Shown: piece after piece, positions 10,992 to 24,100 of the stretch | Position numbering within the stretch: the first letter of the stretch is position 1 | How the letters are laid out: the number at the start of each line of letters is the position of its first letter | Assembly: GCA_951804945.1 (NCBI GenBank) | Contig: OX638163.1 | Coordinates: 32,550,001-32,614,000, forward strand | Direction: 5' to 3' | DNA: 64,000 nt | DNA from: Podarcis cretensis | Taxonomy: Eukaryota | Made by a program: the position numbers and the translations under genes | Notes under the pieces: generated by a model | Databases searched by the model: none | What the model saw: the letters and a program-made list of their open reading frames with translations, nothing else | Told to the model about the DNA's origin: nothing

Positions 10992-13899
10992 AACAAGTCC
11001 TGTTTATTTGCAAATGCTTTAACAGGAGCCCTTAAATCTCCCTGCGCACTTGACAGTCAGGTCCTGGAAGACCTTTGCTTTCTCCTGCTCTCATCAGGAC
11101 TCACATTCAAATGCTACAGCAGTGTGACTTTTATGAAAGGTATGGCATAGGCACACAAAACACACCTCAAGGGGAAGCACTTGATAGACTGATGTTTGCA
11201 CAAGCGAGGGAACTTATCTGAACAGCTGAACTGTTAAGATTTTGGGGAGGTGTGCTGCACGGAATGCCCACAGCAGGTCTGTCCTCCCCGCCACTAATTA
11301 AGATATCTATTTTTCTTTTTCAAGCAGCCCAATAACAAGTTCACCTTCCACCCTCATTTATCCTCAGTTTATTCTCCATCCCACATACTCCCCTCCCAAC
11401 ATGCTTTGCTCCTTTCTGCAGCCCATCCTGGGCAGCTGTTCCCGAACAGCTGTGGCTTGGGCACTTCCCATTCAAATGTTGCTACTCAGAGCCACTTCTT
11501 CACACACCGCAGAAATGCATTCCATGCAGATCGTAAAGTGAAAGGAAGGCATAAGTCGCTAATTCTAAGCATTTGTACTTGGAAGTCAATCCTGCAGTTT
11601 TTGATGGAGCAGGAACTCAGTGTACAAGTCAGACCCAAGCTCAAATTTCAACTCTGCCATTCACTCCCTAGGTGTCCTTGCGAAAGCCACCATCTCCATG
11701 TCTCATATCTGCAGTATAAGGATAATAATATCAACCCTCCTTTCATGGTTAACATTGTAATGATTACTGATATCAAAGCATCTTAAACAGCCCAATTACA
11801 GGGGTTGTTATTTTGTACTAATGAGCAGCTATGGTACATACCAGGTTTTTCAACTATGACATGTGAGCTGGTTTAGATGGTCCTATCTCACCTTAATAAG
11901 TAAACATATATGCAAGTCTTGTAGCTTTCCTCCTTGATGTGAGCTGGTTAAAGCTGGAAGTGTCCAAATAACCAAGGTTTCCCAGTTCCTCAGGACTAGG
12001 AAACTATAATATCCTGGGGCGCTTCCAGAATGATGCTATTTTGGAGTGGGATTGAATCACATGCTGGCAAATTCAGGTTGCACATTTAAAGTTGCATTTG
12101 GTGCTCTTGTGCAATAAAACCACTTCCTACAAAAAAGCAGTTTTTCTTTACAATAAAGAAAGTAAGGGGAAGTGCTTTGGAAAGTGTTTGGATAATAATT
12201 GCTTGATGCAACATCATCTAACCGCCCTGTAGACAAATCAGAATGAATGTGCAAGATACATTCGGTGTCATCTAACCTCCATGCAAACTTTGTGCAAACA
12301 AATCAGGATGAATGTTCAATAAACAGGTTTCCTGAAAGGACCACCTTTTTGGAACAAGCTAGGATCACAAAACATGCTTTGAAGTTTGTTTACGATCCTG
12401 GCTTGTTTCCCAACCTGGTAACCATAGTTTCCAAGTTCAAACAAAATAGGAAACTGATACCAACTGATTCTTGGTAGACTTTGCTGTAACTGACTCGTGC
12501 TGAGAAGGAAAGGGTGATGTACCTATCACAAAGCTTGTTCACGGGCACCATTGCCCAAACTGGATCAATGTAAAAAAAATCATGTTCGCCATCACATTAC
12601 ATGTTAAGCATGTATTTATGAGGCACATTAGAAATCTGACACACATGCATATTCAGAGGGCTAAGATGTCAAATGCTCGAATGTCAGGCTCAGTGGAGAG
12701 GAGGGCGCAACGCAACCTTGTATTCTCCAAGATGGTCAAATGCTTGTGAGATCAATCTATTTCAGCTCCCTTCCCTACCCTACCCCTCTGGCTGTCTTCC
12801 AAACCCCCATCCTCTGGCTCTGCATCCCTTTGGGACACTACCTTAGTCCCTGGTGCCTTACAAAATGCCCATGACCTACCTTGCCACTACAGGGCACAAA
12901 CTGGAGGCAAAGACCAGAGAAAGATCACTAGAGGAAATGCCAACAGGGAGGGTAGAGAAGAGACAAGCACAGTGGCTCAAACCTATTTAGAAGCCACACC
13001 TTTTGCTTCCCATCAGTTTCCAGATATGGGGAAGCTGGCTAAAGATTTATAGTAGAGGTGCAGATTTGTAGCACAGTGCTCTCTGCCCGTGCTCAGAGGC
13101 ACTCCTTCTCCACAGGGTCCAAGGTGGAATGCCAGCACTGGAAACGGGTCCCAGGACTAAACCCTGCCTCAAATTAACCTTGGCAGTAGCCATTAACCAC
13201 AAAAAGAATCAGAGTACACACAGAGGGACATTATCAGCACCTAGCAAGAGGGACCATCTTAAACAGCCGGAAAGAGCAGGCTGGTGCCAGTCTCCTTCCT
13301 CCCATCCCAACCTGCCCACGAAGTGGTACTCGAATGCACCACCCTGGGCAAGCTGGTCCTGGCTGTGCCAAGAGGGGGATGTGCTAAGATCTCACATTGG
13401 CTACAGTCCTTTGGCATCTTCTGACAAGTAGTGGAGGGTCAGGTGGTGCTCCAGTCAGCTGTTGCTCTTTAAGCCTGTAAGGGCAGCCCAAAGCTGCCCT
13501 CTTTACTCCCTGCTGCTACAGGTACCCTGGTGCCCCCTCAAGGTCTCCTCACCTTGAAAGCCTCTGCAGCCCCTTCCCCCTCAAACTGAAAAGCATTCCC
13601 CAGGGTAAGAGTTGTCCTATTTTCCCTGCCTCTTGCCCCATTGCCCACATGTGGCTCTTCATTAGAAGGGCAGCCAGGAATTCAACAGATGAAGCCTTCC
13701 CCAGCAGCGAGTGCAAAGTGTTCCCCTTTGGGACGTCTGCTAGTGAAGCCGCTGCTAAACAGGCAGACATTCAGCAGGTAAAAGTATTCCCCAGAAGTGG
13801 GTGCATAGCCTTCAGCAGCTGAATCTGCGCCGATTCAAGTGGCTGCTAAAAGGCAGAAAGTGAGCCGCCTTCATCTGTTGAACATCTGCCAGCAGAGCA

Positions 13900-14950
13900 G
13901 AGGCTAACAGGCACGATCCCTGCAACTTGCACGGGACCCGTTTTGGGACCCTCCCCGCCCCCAAAGCAAGCGGGTTCTGGACAGCTGCAGGGTGGCAGGG
14001 AGAGGGTGAAACCCCCACTTCCACCAGACCCTACAGGCAGTCCCACGCTGGTTTGTGATGTGCTCGCGTGCAGAGAAGCATGCATGCCGCGCGCGGGGAG
14101 CCGGGGGGAGCGCAGGCTTCCCCGATCTTGCTGCAACAGGCGCTGCCTGCCAGGGGCGCAGCAGAGAGCAGAGGAGGACCGGCGCTGCTGCCCGCCCGCC
14201 CGCCATCTCGCTGTCCGTGCCAGGCCGTCTCTTTCTGGCTCTCTCGTAACCGGAGAAGGGGGCGAGAGGGCGGCGCGCCGCCTGGCACGTCCCCTCCTGG
14301 CCGGGCGGGCGCCCCGACGGCGAGCAGAGGGCGAGAGGTCGGGCTGCAGTTTGGTCAGGAGCGCGTCCTTCGCGAGGGAGAAGAGGCGACCCGGTCGGCG
14401 CTGATCCCTCCTTCCCACCCCGCCGCTTAGCGTGCGTGCCCGGCAACAAGTGCGGCGCTCTGAGCCCCGATCCCGCCCGCCCTCGAGGGTCAAGCGAAGC
14501 AGCCACCCACCTCCGGAGCCGGGGCTGAGAGCCAGCCAGAGAAGGAGCAGCGCCAGCAGCCAACGCCGCACGCCCATCGCGACGCCGAGGGCCGAGCCAC
14601 GCCAGCCGGCTGCAACAGTCACGCAGCGAGCAGCAGCAGCAGCGATCGCGCCCGCTCCCGCCGCGGCCCGCCTGCATTTGTAGGCGGGCGTCGGGGGAGA
14701 CCCAGACCGTCCGCCTTGGCTCGCAGCCCGCCCGGTCATGTGGCTGCCTCCACACGCCCCCCCCCCGCGCGCGCCTGCCGCCACCTCCGCGCTCTCCTCG
14801 TGCAGCTGCCCTCCCCCTCACCCCACCCCACGCCCCACACAGCAGCTTTGCCTCCTGCGGTGGGCGAAGGACGCCCCCGCTAGGAAGAGCGGCATCCACC
14901 ACCACCCCGCCCATCTGCGGGATTTACCCCGCCCCTGACAGAGCCGTTCA
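13900..14950 (-). promoter_or_regulatory. CpG island / APLN promoter and 5' end
   Basis: Very GC- and CpG-rich. TATA-like TACAAAT on the minus strand at 14676-14682, E/M-box GTCATGTG at 14735-14742, several GC boxes, and a short (CTG)n run in the 5' UTR. Confidence 0.8.
14511..14577 (-). CDS. APLN: Apelin preproprotein, first coding exon (signal peptide)
   Basis: ATG at 14577-14575 gives MGVRRWLLALLLLWLALSPGSG plus 1 nt, then donor G|GTGGGT. A 22-aa signal peptide with a phase-1 intron resembles mammalian apelin (MNLRLCVQALLLLWLSLTAVCG|G). It sits in a CpG island, divergent from XPNPEP2 as in the conserved vertebrate arrangement. The mature-peptide exon (RPRLSHKGPMPF) was not found in the window. 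Confidence 0.88.
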
Positions 14951-15126
14951 GGACACCCCCAAGAGATCACATCCCCTCCTCCATACACACAACTAGTATC
15001 GCAGTTCCCAGCCTCTCCCCTCCCCCCCAACCTGGCTCTCAGATACCGGAACCCCCTTCCGCCCCTCCTCTTCAAACACTCCAAGGTACCCCTTCCAAGG
15101 CCTACCCCCAGGACTGTCTATGGGTG

Positions 15127-15457
15127 AAGGTAAAGGGACTCCTGACCATTAGGTCCAGTCGTGGCCGACTGGGGTTGCAGCACTCATCTTGCTTTATTGG
15201 CCGAGGGAGCCGGCATACAGCTTCCGGGTCATGTGGCCAGCATGACTAAGCCGCTTCTGGCAAACCAGAGCAGCACATGGAAACAGCGTTTACCTTCCCA
15301 CCGGAGTGGTACCTATTTATCTACTTGCACTTTGACGTGCTTTCAAACTGCTAGGTTGGCAGGAGCAGGGACCGAGCAATGGGAGCTCACCCCGTCGCGG
15401 GGATTCGAACCGCCAACCTTCTGATCGGCAAGTCCTAGGCTCTGTGGTTTAACCCAA
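15127..15457 (-). mobile_element. Sauria SINE just upstream of the APLN promoter
   Basis: Near-identical to the other copies; slightly 5'-truncated. Confidence 0.9.
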
Positions 15458-18244
15458 GTCCCCCTTAAACTTAAAGCGCATCCACATGGCCCTGGAAGGG
15501 TTGTCCTGATCGGAATTTGGCCCTCGGACCATAAAAGGTTGCCCATGGTTGGTCTTTACCAGGCGTGGGGAGCCTCTGGCCCTCCAGATGTTACTGAAGC
15601 ACCATTCCACTCATCCTTGGCCATTGGGTCATGTTTGCCACAGGCTGATGGGAACTGCAGTTCATCAATATTAGGACAAAGAGGTCCCTACTCCTGGTGC
15701 ATTCCCCAGGCATTTTGCTGCCCAAGGCAAAGGACAAGATGGCTTCACCCTGCTCAGTCCTCATTCAAAAGCCGACCAGACTGAGAGCGTCATTTCTGTA
15801 CTGTTGGTGACCTGTGTCAGCATCCCTTAGCCTCACCAGAAGTCTATAGCCTAGTTTGGCTGGTGCAAGGACACACAGCCCTGCTCTCTACCTGGACAGC
15901 ACGGCTCGTCCTCCAGCAGCTGTTGCCTGAAGCAGCTGCCTCATTCTGTACAATGTTAGGGCTGGACCTGCTTCCTACCCCTGAGAACTGTCATCACCTT
16001 TAATTTAATTTCCCTCCTCCATCAACTATATTTTATCCATACGAAAAAACCACTCAACGCACAATCTAAATGAGCCATAATATAAATGCCAATATACTTG
16101 CCATAATATATAACACATACTGATTTCTTTATTGTAAATGACTTGGTTTGAATCAAGTGCTCCGTATATACATTAGAAATATTAAAAGCAATTTGACTCC
16201 ACATAATAACTCCATTTACTTGATAATATATATATATATTTTCCCCAGGCCATTGGCTAAGTAAGCAATCTGTGGCCTTTATGAGTTTTTGGGAGGGTGT
16301 TATTGTTTTGTTTGTTACTGTGTTACGTATTTTTGTGCTTTTAAATTGTAAACCACGGTACAGAAATTAATAATCATACTAATAAAATAAATAAAATTAT
16401 TTGGGAGGTGAAACTTCTACCGCCACCACCCAGCTCCCAAACTTACGTGTGAATGAGCCAACATCCCAGGTAATAAATGAGCATGGATAGAATGTCTGCA
16501 CCAGTTTGTTGCTGAATCAAATACTTTTCAGTGGAGAGGAAGTTTACACCCTCAAGGGATGGTATGCCTGGGCTTGGGATGAATTGCCCCCCTGAGACTA
16601 TAGGAAAGGTAGCAACTTGCTCTCTTTTGCTACAGAAGAACTAATGGGTGGAAACGGCAGGGAAGTTGGATTTTGAGCTAAAGACTGGAGGGAGCTTCCT
16701 AGCTAAAGGAGCTGTGGAACAGGCTGCCTCAGGAGCTGGTGACTCTTTTGCTGGAGATACTTGTGCAGAGGCTGGGCAGCTGTCTGTCAGGGATGCTGCA
16801 GTTGCATCCTGTATTGCAGATCCTACATTGAGGAAAGGGTTGGACTAGATGAGGTGCCTTTCAAGTCTATGATTTGAGTCCATTCACCCCTTTTGGGCCA
16901 CAATTCCTCTTTGAGTGAGCATCATCATGGCATGCTCCTTTATTTCCCTTCTTCACTATTCATTTCCCCAAACGTCTCACAGGAGTGTTTAGCATCCCTT
17001 TATCAGTAATCACTATTCTCTCTGTATCTTTCGTTTTTGGAAGCCAGCCACTGAGTTTAGCCTCATTGCTTGTCACTCTTTGGTACGCACCGATCACTCC
17101 ACTTAGAAGATTGCATTGAACCAAGTGGTGGGCACATATACACATCAGAAGGGGAGATGCTGTTGGGCTCCCAATTCCTATCAGCTCCCCCCCCCCCAGC
17201 ATTCCCAGTGGTCAGGGATGATGAGAGTTATAGTCCAGAGACATCTGAATTCCCTTATTGTCTTAAGTCCAAAAGTTCATCTAGCCCAGCACTCTGCCTC
17301 CAACAGTGAACAGCTAAGAGCTCAAAACAGGAATGTTGGCAAGCTGAGCGTGTAGGAGACAGAAGAAGATCAAAGGTCCACCTAGTTTAGCATCCTGCTT
17401 CCACTGTAGCCAATCAGCTGCACTAAAAGAGCAAAATAACTCAGTATAGAGAAAAGTTATGAGGAAATGCAAAACAATTGTCACTTTAAAGGAGTTTGCT
17501 TTAAGTTGCTACACACGCCACAGTGAAAGAAAAGATAATGGGAGCTGCTTCTCCCCAAAATCATCCTTGCAAGGCCCATCCCCTTTAGTTGGGAGGAGAT
17601 CTTATGTGCTCATCCTATCCTTGAATCTCTGGAGCATTTCTGCTTCTCCAGGCTTTTGCAATTTGTGTCTTGGCAGCTGTTAACTACATGACAATTAGGC
17701 CTTTTCTGAGAAATCCTCCCAGATTCAGTGCAGTCAAAGTGTGCAGCCGCTGAAGTAAAAGGCATTTTGAAATAGTTTTTTTTTAAAAAAAAAAAGTTTG
17801 CTATCCTTCCCCCACCCCTCCACACTTGCAAACCCCTAAATTCTCTTTCACCATCACCAAACATGTAATACGTGCAATGCAACCACATGTTTTTGCAGAG
17901 TGGTTTAGAATGACCTTTCCGTAGGTGGTTTACCACTCATGTGAAGTTTCTCTTACGTTAAAACAGGACAGGGAGTTTTTTTTCCTTTTTCTGTTGAGGG
18001 CTGCATTCCCTTGGGAGTAATCTGTCAAGACCTGAATGCGAGCTGCGTGGGAGGCCAAAGCCAGTGATGGACAGGGCTGAAGCCAGTGGTAGCCAGGGTC
18101 AGATCTGAAAGTGAGTGAGGCACTCCTTTGTGCCCTCTTCCTCCCCCCCCCCTTGCTTTCTCGGTCCAAAACCAGTGATGGCCTAGGGACAGACCCAAAA
18201 CTGAGTGCAGCATGGCTTTGCTCACTCTCTCCTGCCACTTCTTC

Positions 18245-18320
18245 TTTCTGTGTCACCCCATTTTCTCTCTCTGTGTCACCCCATTTTCTCTCTCTGTGCC
18301 ACCCCTTCTCTCTCTCTGCA
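18245..18320. repeat. Short pyrimidine-rich tandem repeat (~2.5 x 22-24 bp)
   Basis: tctgtgtcaccccattttctctc repeated. Confidence 0.85.
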
Positions 18321-19434
18321 GCACACCTCTCTCAGCTCAGTCTCTCAGCATGAGACATGTGGCTTCAAGCCCCATGGTGGGCGAAAGATCACTGCCTTGC
18401 AGGGGGGGTTGGACTAGATGATTCTCATGGTCCCCTTCCAACTCTGCAATTCTGTGGTTCTAGGATTCTGCCATTCCTTTTCTTCTCTCTCTCTCTCTCT
18501 GCCACTCCCTTCCACCCCTGTTTCTTCTTCTTGCTACCTGCATGAACCTGGACAATTGAGCTATAATTTGCCCATGCCTGTATTGAAAAGAGGAAAAGAA
18601 GAAGAGCACTCCACCCAAAGAGGGTCTTCATATTTTGTTTATATGAATGTACAGCCCAGCAGTGATAAAAGGGGCCATGTACACATGCATATACCTCTTC
18701 CTTGGTGATATTTTCTGACACAGATCTTCAAGAAAACCACAGTATAGTACACATGGCAGTGCACACCCCAGAAAAATGAGCAAATCATAAGGTTGCTGGT
18801 GGAATAACAGTTCTACTGGCCCCAGCCAAGCAGCTCCCCTTCCTACCCTCACTCCCCGAAATCTAGCCTTTGTTGAAAGATTCTTTATCTAAATGCTCTC
18901 AGAATTTGAGGGCAGACAGAAACAAAAGCATGTTGAATCGTCCCCTTCAGGCTTAGACTGAAGAGAGCAAGGGGGCCTCAAATGATCTCTCTTCTGAAAT
19001 TTGCTACTCGCTGTCAAGCTTCCATCCAAACAGCTGTGGTCAAAGGGAATCTGGGCGGAGGTGGAATAGCTGGCAGAGGAGACTGCAAGCAGAGAGACCA
19101 CCAGGCCTTCGCAGGGTGTTGCTGGGTCAGACTGAGGGAAAGCCAAGTGTGCACCCACCCACCCACCCACCCTCTCTCACTCTCTCATATAGAAAAAGGT
19201 CAGGCCTCAATCTCGCATCACTTAAGGGGTGAGTATGGGTGATTATGTTAGGGTTGACATATTTTGAACAGCAAAAAAGAGGACACATTTGCCGACTTCT
19301 ACATTTAATTATGACGACTCTCGTTTTACATACCCTTGAAAAAGAGGACGTGTTCTGGAAAAAGAAGACATATGGCAGCCCTCAGCTTCCTCCCCATTTC
19401 TTATTGTCCTAGTCTTGAACTCAGTTCTCTACAC

Positions 19435-19790
19435 TTCTTCTTTGGCAATCACTTGTAGCCGAGTAAAATTGTCTTCCATAAACACGGTTTTAACAATGAG
19501 TCCGTAAGTGACTATGGAGGGCTATTCTGGATCCACACACCCTTCCACAGTGGGCGCATTGGTCTCTGGACGGGAGTTGATCACGGTGTGGATTTGCCAA
19601 GTGTGCCTTCCTCTTAGCATGTTTCCCCCTTGCGTCTTGAGTTCAAGTGTCTTCAAAGCCCATGGCACCTTTGGTAAAGGCTGTCCTCCAACTGGAGCAC
19701 TCACAGGCAAGTGTTGTCAGTGTTTATACTACATTTTTTTAGATTTGCCTTGAGACAGTCTTTAAACCTCTTTTGTTGACCACCGTATTA
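19435..19790 (-). mobile_element. RTE-clade LINE 3' fragment (non-BovB)
   Basis: Minus strand encodes HCGRVCGSRIALHSHLRTH, a zinc-finger-like RTE C-terminus, followed by a (GAA)n tail. Confidence 0.7.
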
Positions 19791-19868
19791 CGCTACACTT
19801 ACACATCAGTTTGTGATTTTTTTAATTAAAAAAAGCAGTCCTCAATAAAACTCTTCAGCAATTTAGTG

Positions 19869-20006
19869 NNNNNNNNNNNNNNNNNNNNNNNNNNNNNNNN
19901 NNNNNNNNNNNNNNNNNNNNNNNNNNNNNNNNNNNNNNNNNNNNNNNNNNNNNNNNNNNNNNNNNNNNNNNNNNNNNNNNNNNNNNNNNNNNNNNNNNNN
20001 NNNNNN
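19869..20006. other. Assembly gap (138 N)
   Basis: Run of N. Confidence 1.
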
Positions 20007-20609
20007 GGCCACTGTCATGCTGCTGTTTGCATGGCCACCAACAGGTGGCCACACCAGTTCCACTGTGAAGAACAGTGGGCAACCAAGCTGTTCAGCATTA
20101 TATTTAACTATTTAACTATATTCAGCATTTATATTTAACTATTTAACAGAGGAGGAAGGCACTTATCTCCCACAAACAAAGCACAGGTAACCCAAGAACA
20201 AACCTTGATTGCAGCTCATAGTTTGTCACAGCTTAGCCCTGGGAAATGGAGATTCACCCATCCCTAGCGAGAACTGTACATACTGCTACCACCTTCATCT
20301 ATAGGTAGCCAGCAGCCAAAAGACATTCGTTTTTGCTTCCACCAAGGATTGCATCAAACTAATCATCTTACCAACAAGGGGAGTTGTGAGAAGATGGAGC
20401 AGGGGGCTCTTTTGCACTAGTCCTCAGAACTTCTGCCCTTTTACCTTTTTTGAAACACTGCTTACAGGGGGGTGGAAAAGAAAGAAGCTTGATGAACTGT
20501 AGCCATCCAGATTCTGTAGCAGCCTCTCTCTCCCTGAAATTGCCACTACAGCAGCATTTTATGGACCACCTTACCCTGAGAGGGTGGGGAGGGGGAGAAG
20601 AACAGAAGC

Positions 20610-21116
20610 AGTGGTGTCGCAACAGGGGCTGCGGGCGGTGTACCCTGGGTGCCATGTCTGGGGGGGTGACAAGAAGGCAGTATGTGGGGGCTTGCAGTAG
20701 CATGAGCAGCCATCGCGCTGCCGCAGCCGCATGTGGAGGATCCTCCGCAGCTGCAGCCACGAGCAGAGGATCCCGGCGCCAGCAGCAAAACTCTATGTAC
20801 AGCACATGTGCGGCTTTGCATGCATGCGCCGTACGTAACGATGCCGCACATGCGCTGTACATAGTGGTTTGCTGCCGGTGCTGCTTGAGCGCCGTACGGA
20901 CAGCGGTGGGATCCCTCTTTCACCACTACAGCTGTGAACGGAGGATGCTCCATTTGCGGCTGCAGCTGTGAGCAGGGGACCCCGGCACCGTCCGTACGGC
21001 GCTGGAGTGCCGGCGCCGGCAAACCGCTATGTACAGCGCATGTACGTACGCTGTACATAGCGACGCTGCACATGCGCCGTACATAGCGGTTTGCCGCCCC
21101 AGGTGTCACGACGCCT
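20610..21116. mobile_element. Probable Harbinger-like MITE with nested internal hairpins
   Basis: CpG-rich; degenerate termini GGTGTCGC...CGACGCC with GGGTGAC/GTGTCAC subterminal motifs; three internal inverted-repeat pairs. Confidence 0.55.
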
Positions 21117-24100
21117 TTGTTCGCCCCTGAGCAGAAGTGCTGTCTTTTCCATTCTTTTCCAGCTTTCTTTTTAAAAATAAAATTAAAATGATGCTTATTG
21201 TTGTAAAGACCTTATGTGAACCACTGAGGTCTGCCTCAAAAGTGATGTATAAATACATAAAATAATGGTTGGTTTCCTTGCTTTCCATCCTACCAACTCC
21301 AATGGCCACCAGCCACAACTGCATACAGCTGGAGGTTTCTGAAACTGAATTTTTTTGGGGTTCACCACCTTCTCAGTTTCTAGAAGATCTGCCTCTGGGG
21401 GATCGCTTTGTCTCTACTGAATGTATAGGTAATGCACAACCATAAACAACATTAAAGCAGTAGCATATAGCCAGCCAGCTCCCACACTGCAGCTGCTGAG
21501 CTCATTTGAACTGTTGATAACCTATTGTAAGATAATTATTTTTCTAGCGCTGTATTATCTAAGCAAAAAGGACACATGCTGTCCTGGCTTTTAAATCGGT
21601 GGAAGCAAGGCTATTGCGTAGTAAACAATTGCAGCATAATGGAAGTGTGGTGGATATTTCAGCATTTTTTAAAGCTTCCATGATCTTCCCCACTATTAAA
21701 TACTCACCCTTGCAAAAAAAAAAAAAAAAAGCCACCTAAAGCCCTACTCAAGTCTACTCAGAAGCAAGTTATACTAACTCCAATGGCTCTTACTCCCATA
21801 TAAACAAGATTAGGATTACCACCTTAGTAGCTCAGATATGGGGATAGTGATTCTGATCTGCGTTACACGATTGTTTTAAAGATTGCAGCAAGAGGGTATC
21901 TGTAAAATGCTTGGCCCACTTGAAAAGCTCACTCCTTTGGGAGGAAGGGCGGGATATAAATTGAATAATGATGATGATGTTAAATATTTATATAGCGATT
22001 ACATTTCCTGGATGTGTAATGCTTACATGAGCTAGAATGAACATACGGTTCAAAATGGGGGCACTTTCTATCCTGCACAAATAGATGGATGCATGGAAAA
22101 CACAAGAGGCTTAAGATAAGCTTTCAGGGTGATGTGTGAGAAGAGTAATACTTGAAATCTGTACAGTACTTTCTAGTGTTTAAGGCTTTTCTAAGATGTA
22201 AACCTTACCGCAACCTTGTTGTAAAGTAGGAATAGGTAAAACCTTCCAGATTTTCCTGGACTCCAATTCCCATCAGCCCCAGCTAGCACAGGACGATGTG
22301 AACTGGAGTCCAATAGCATCAGGAGTGCCATAGGTTTCTTACCTCTGTTATAAGGTTAATTCGCTAGTATTGCCCCCACATTTGCAGAATGAGGCTGAGA
22401 GAGGCCTTAGGCCACCAGGTGAGTTTATGGCAAAGGAGAGATGCCTATCAAGGACTTCCTGGTTCTCGGCTCCATCTCTTAATGCTACAGCACAGCAAAT
22501 ATTCTATGCCAGAACCACCTCCAGCTTTGTTAGCCAAGAGTCACAATCTTTTAAAGAGCTGCAACCCAACCAACGAAACATTTTCAGCCTTAGAGTTTGG
22601 GCCAGTCAGTTGATTAATCTGCCAATTAGATTTGTGCACATCTACATGTTGGTAGAAACCATAATGCCAAAGCAGTAAAGATACTTCCTTTGTTCTTAGA
22701 TAATGCATTAACGTGTTGCAGCAAGCATCACCTTAAAAGAGTATTTCCCTCCTGGGGACGGAAGAATGGAGAATGCCTCTTTTATTATGGGGCTTGTGGT
22801 ATGAACTTTATAACTCCTTGTTTTTTAAATGGAGTAATAATACATTGGGTGCCCCTGTCTCTCATTTTTTTCCCCTTGTCCAATTAATCAAGAACAAATT
22901 TAGTCAACTAAAGGTATTTTAAAATCAGTTAATCTAACATTTATTTTTTTAAATTCTGTAGTCCTAATTATAATGTCAAAATGTCAGACTGACAGGTGTT
23001 CTATCCTGTTCTACACTCAAGGTAGGAGTTCCTGGCAATCTTTGGGCTTTTCCAGGCAAATGTTCATTATGGGATGGGCATTCCTCATGACTGCATTCCC
23101 GCCCCCCACAAGCATTCACACAATGAGTTGTATTCAACAGAGTAGAGCCACTGAAATCAGTGTGCCTAAGTTGTCATGTGCATTAACTCCAGGTCCACTC
23201 TAGGTTTATTGTCTTATGCCACGCAATACCATTCCAGGGGGATCCGATGCTAAGAAAATCCAATGACCCATTTGTGATATCTGAACAACTCTGCAAAAGG
23301 AATGGGAAACCTATTGTCCAGATGTTGCTGGACTCCCAAATCCCATCAGCCCCAGCCAGTCTGGGATGATGTGAGTTATAATCCAGCAACATCTGGAGGA
23401 GCACAGATTTCCTACCCTTGGTTTATATGAAACCCCTATCTGGAGATCACTTTTTCCTCTGAATTCCCTGTAGTTCAGGACATAGGAACATAGGAAACTG
23501 CCTTATACCAAGTCAGACCAATGACCAATCTTGCTCAACATTATCTACACTGACTGGCAGTGGCTCTTCTGGGTATAGTTTTCTCCCAGCCCTACCTAGA
23601 GATGCTATGGATTGAAGCTAGGAACTTTTGCATGCAAAGGAGATGCTCAACCACTGAGCCCTTTCCCAACAGCTATCTCCAAGGCTTGAGTCACTTGTGT
23701 CTTGATTGAAAGCCCTTATTGACATCTATCTTGGATTTTATTTTTCGCTGATGTTTAAAGTTTGCAAGGGCATTGTTTTTGTGCTCAAGACACCTGACAG
23801 AAACATAAAGAGGAAAAACGTTAGAGCAGTGGAAGCATTTTTGCAGCCTTAGCTGGCACGGGTTGCCAAGTTCCTCCTGCAACAGAAACATCTGCATCGC
23901 AAGCAGAGCCAACACAACAAAAGATGTAGGGCAAAAGATGTAGGGGATGGAGAGATTAAAGAGAGGGAGGGAGGGAGAGACATTGAAGTGCCTCAAGGTG
24001 TCTCTGCAAATGGCCTGGAGTCTGGGGGATAAACAGGAACCAGCCAAGGAAGTGCTCTTAAGAGGAAGGATGCCGTGACAGAGTTGGTCTCAAGACAGCT

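Noticed and set aside
13846-14914. Long ORFs (312 aa and 336 aa) over the APLN 5' end
   Set aside because: These are stop-poor frames in a GC-rich CpG island. Only the 67-nt signal-peptide exon is supported. The in-frame upstream ATG lies in the E-box, beyond the TATA-like element.
20368-21109. Three 160-190 aa ORFs
   Set aside because: By-product of the palindromic GC-rich repeat.
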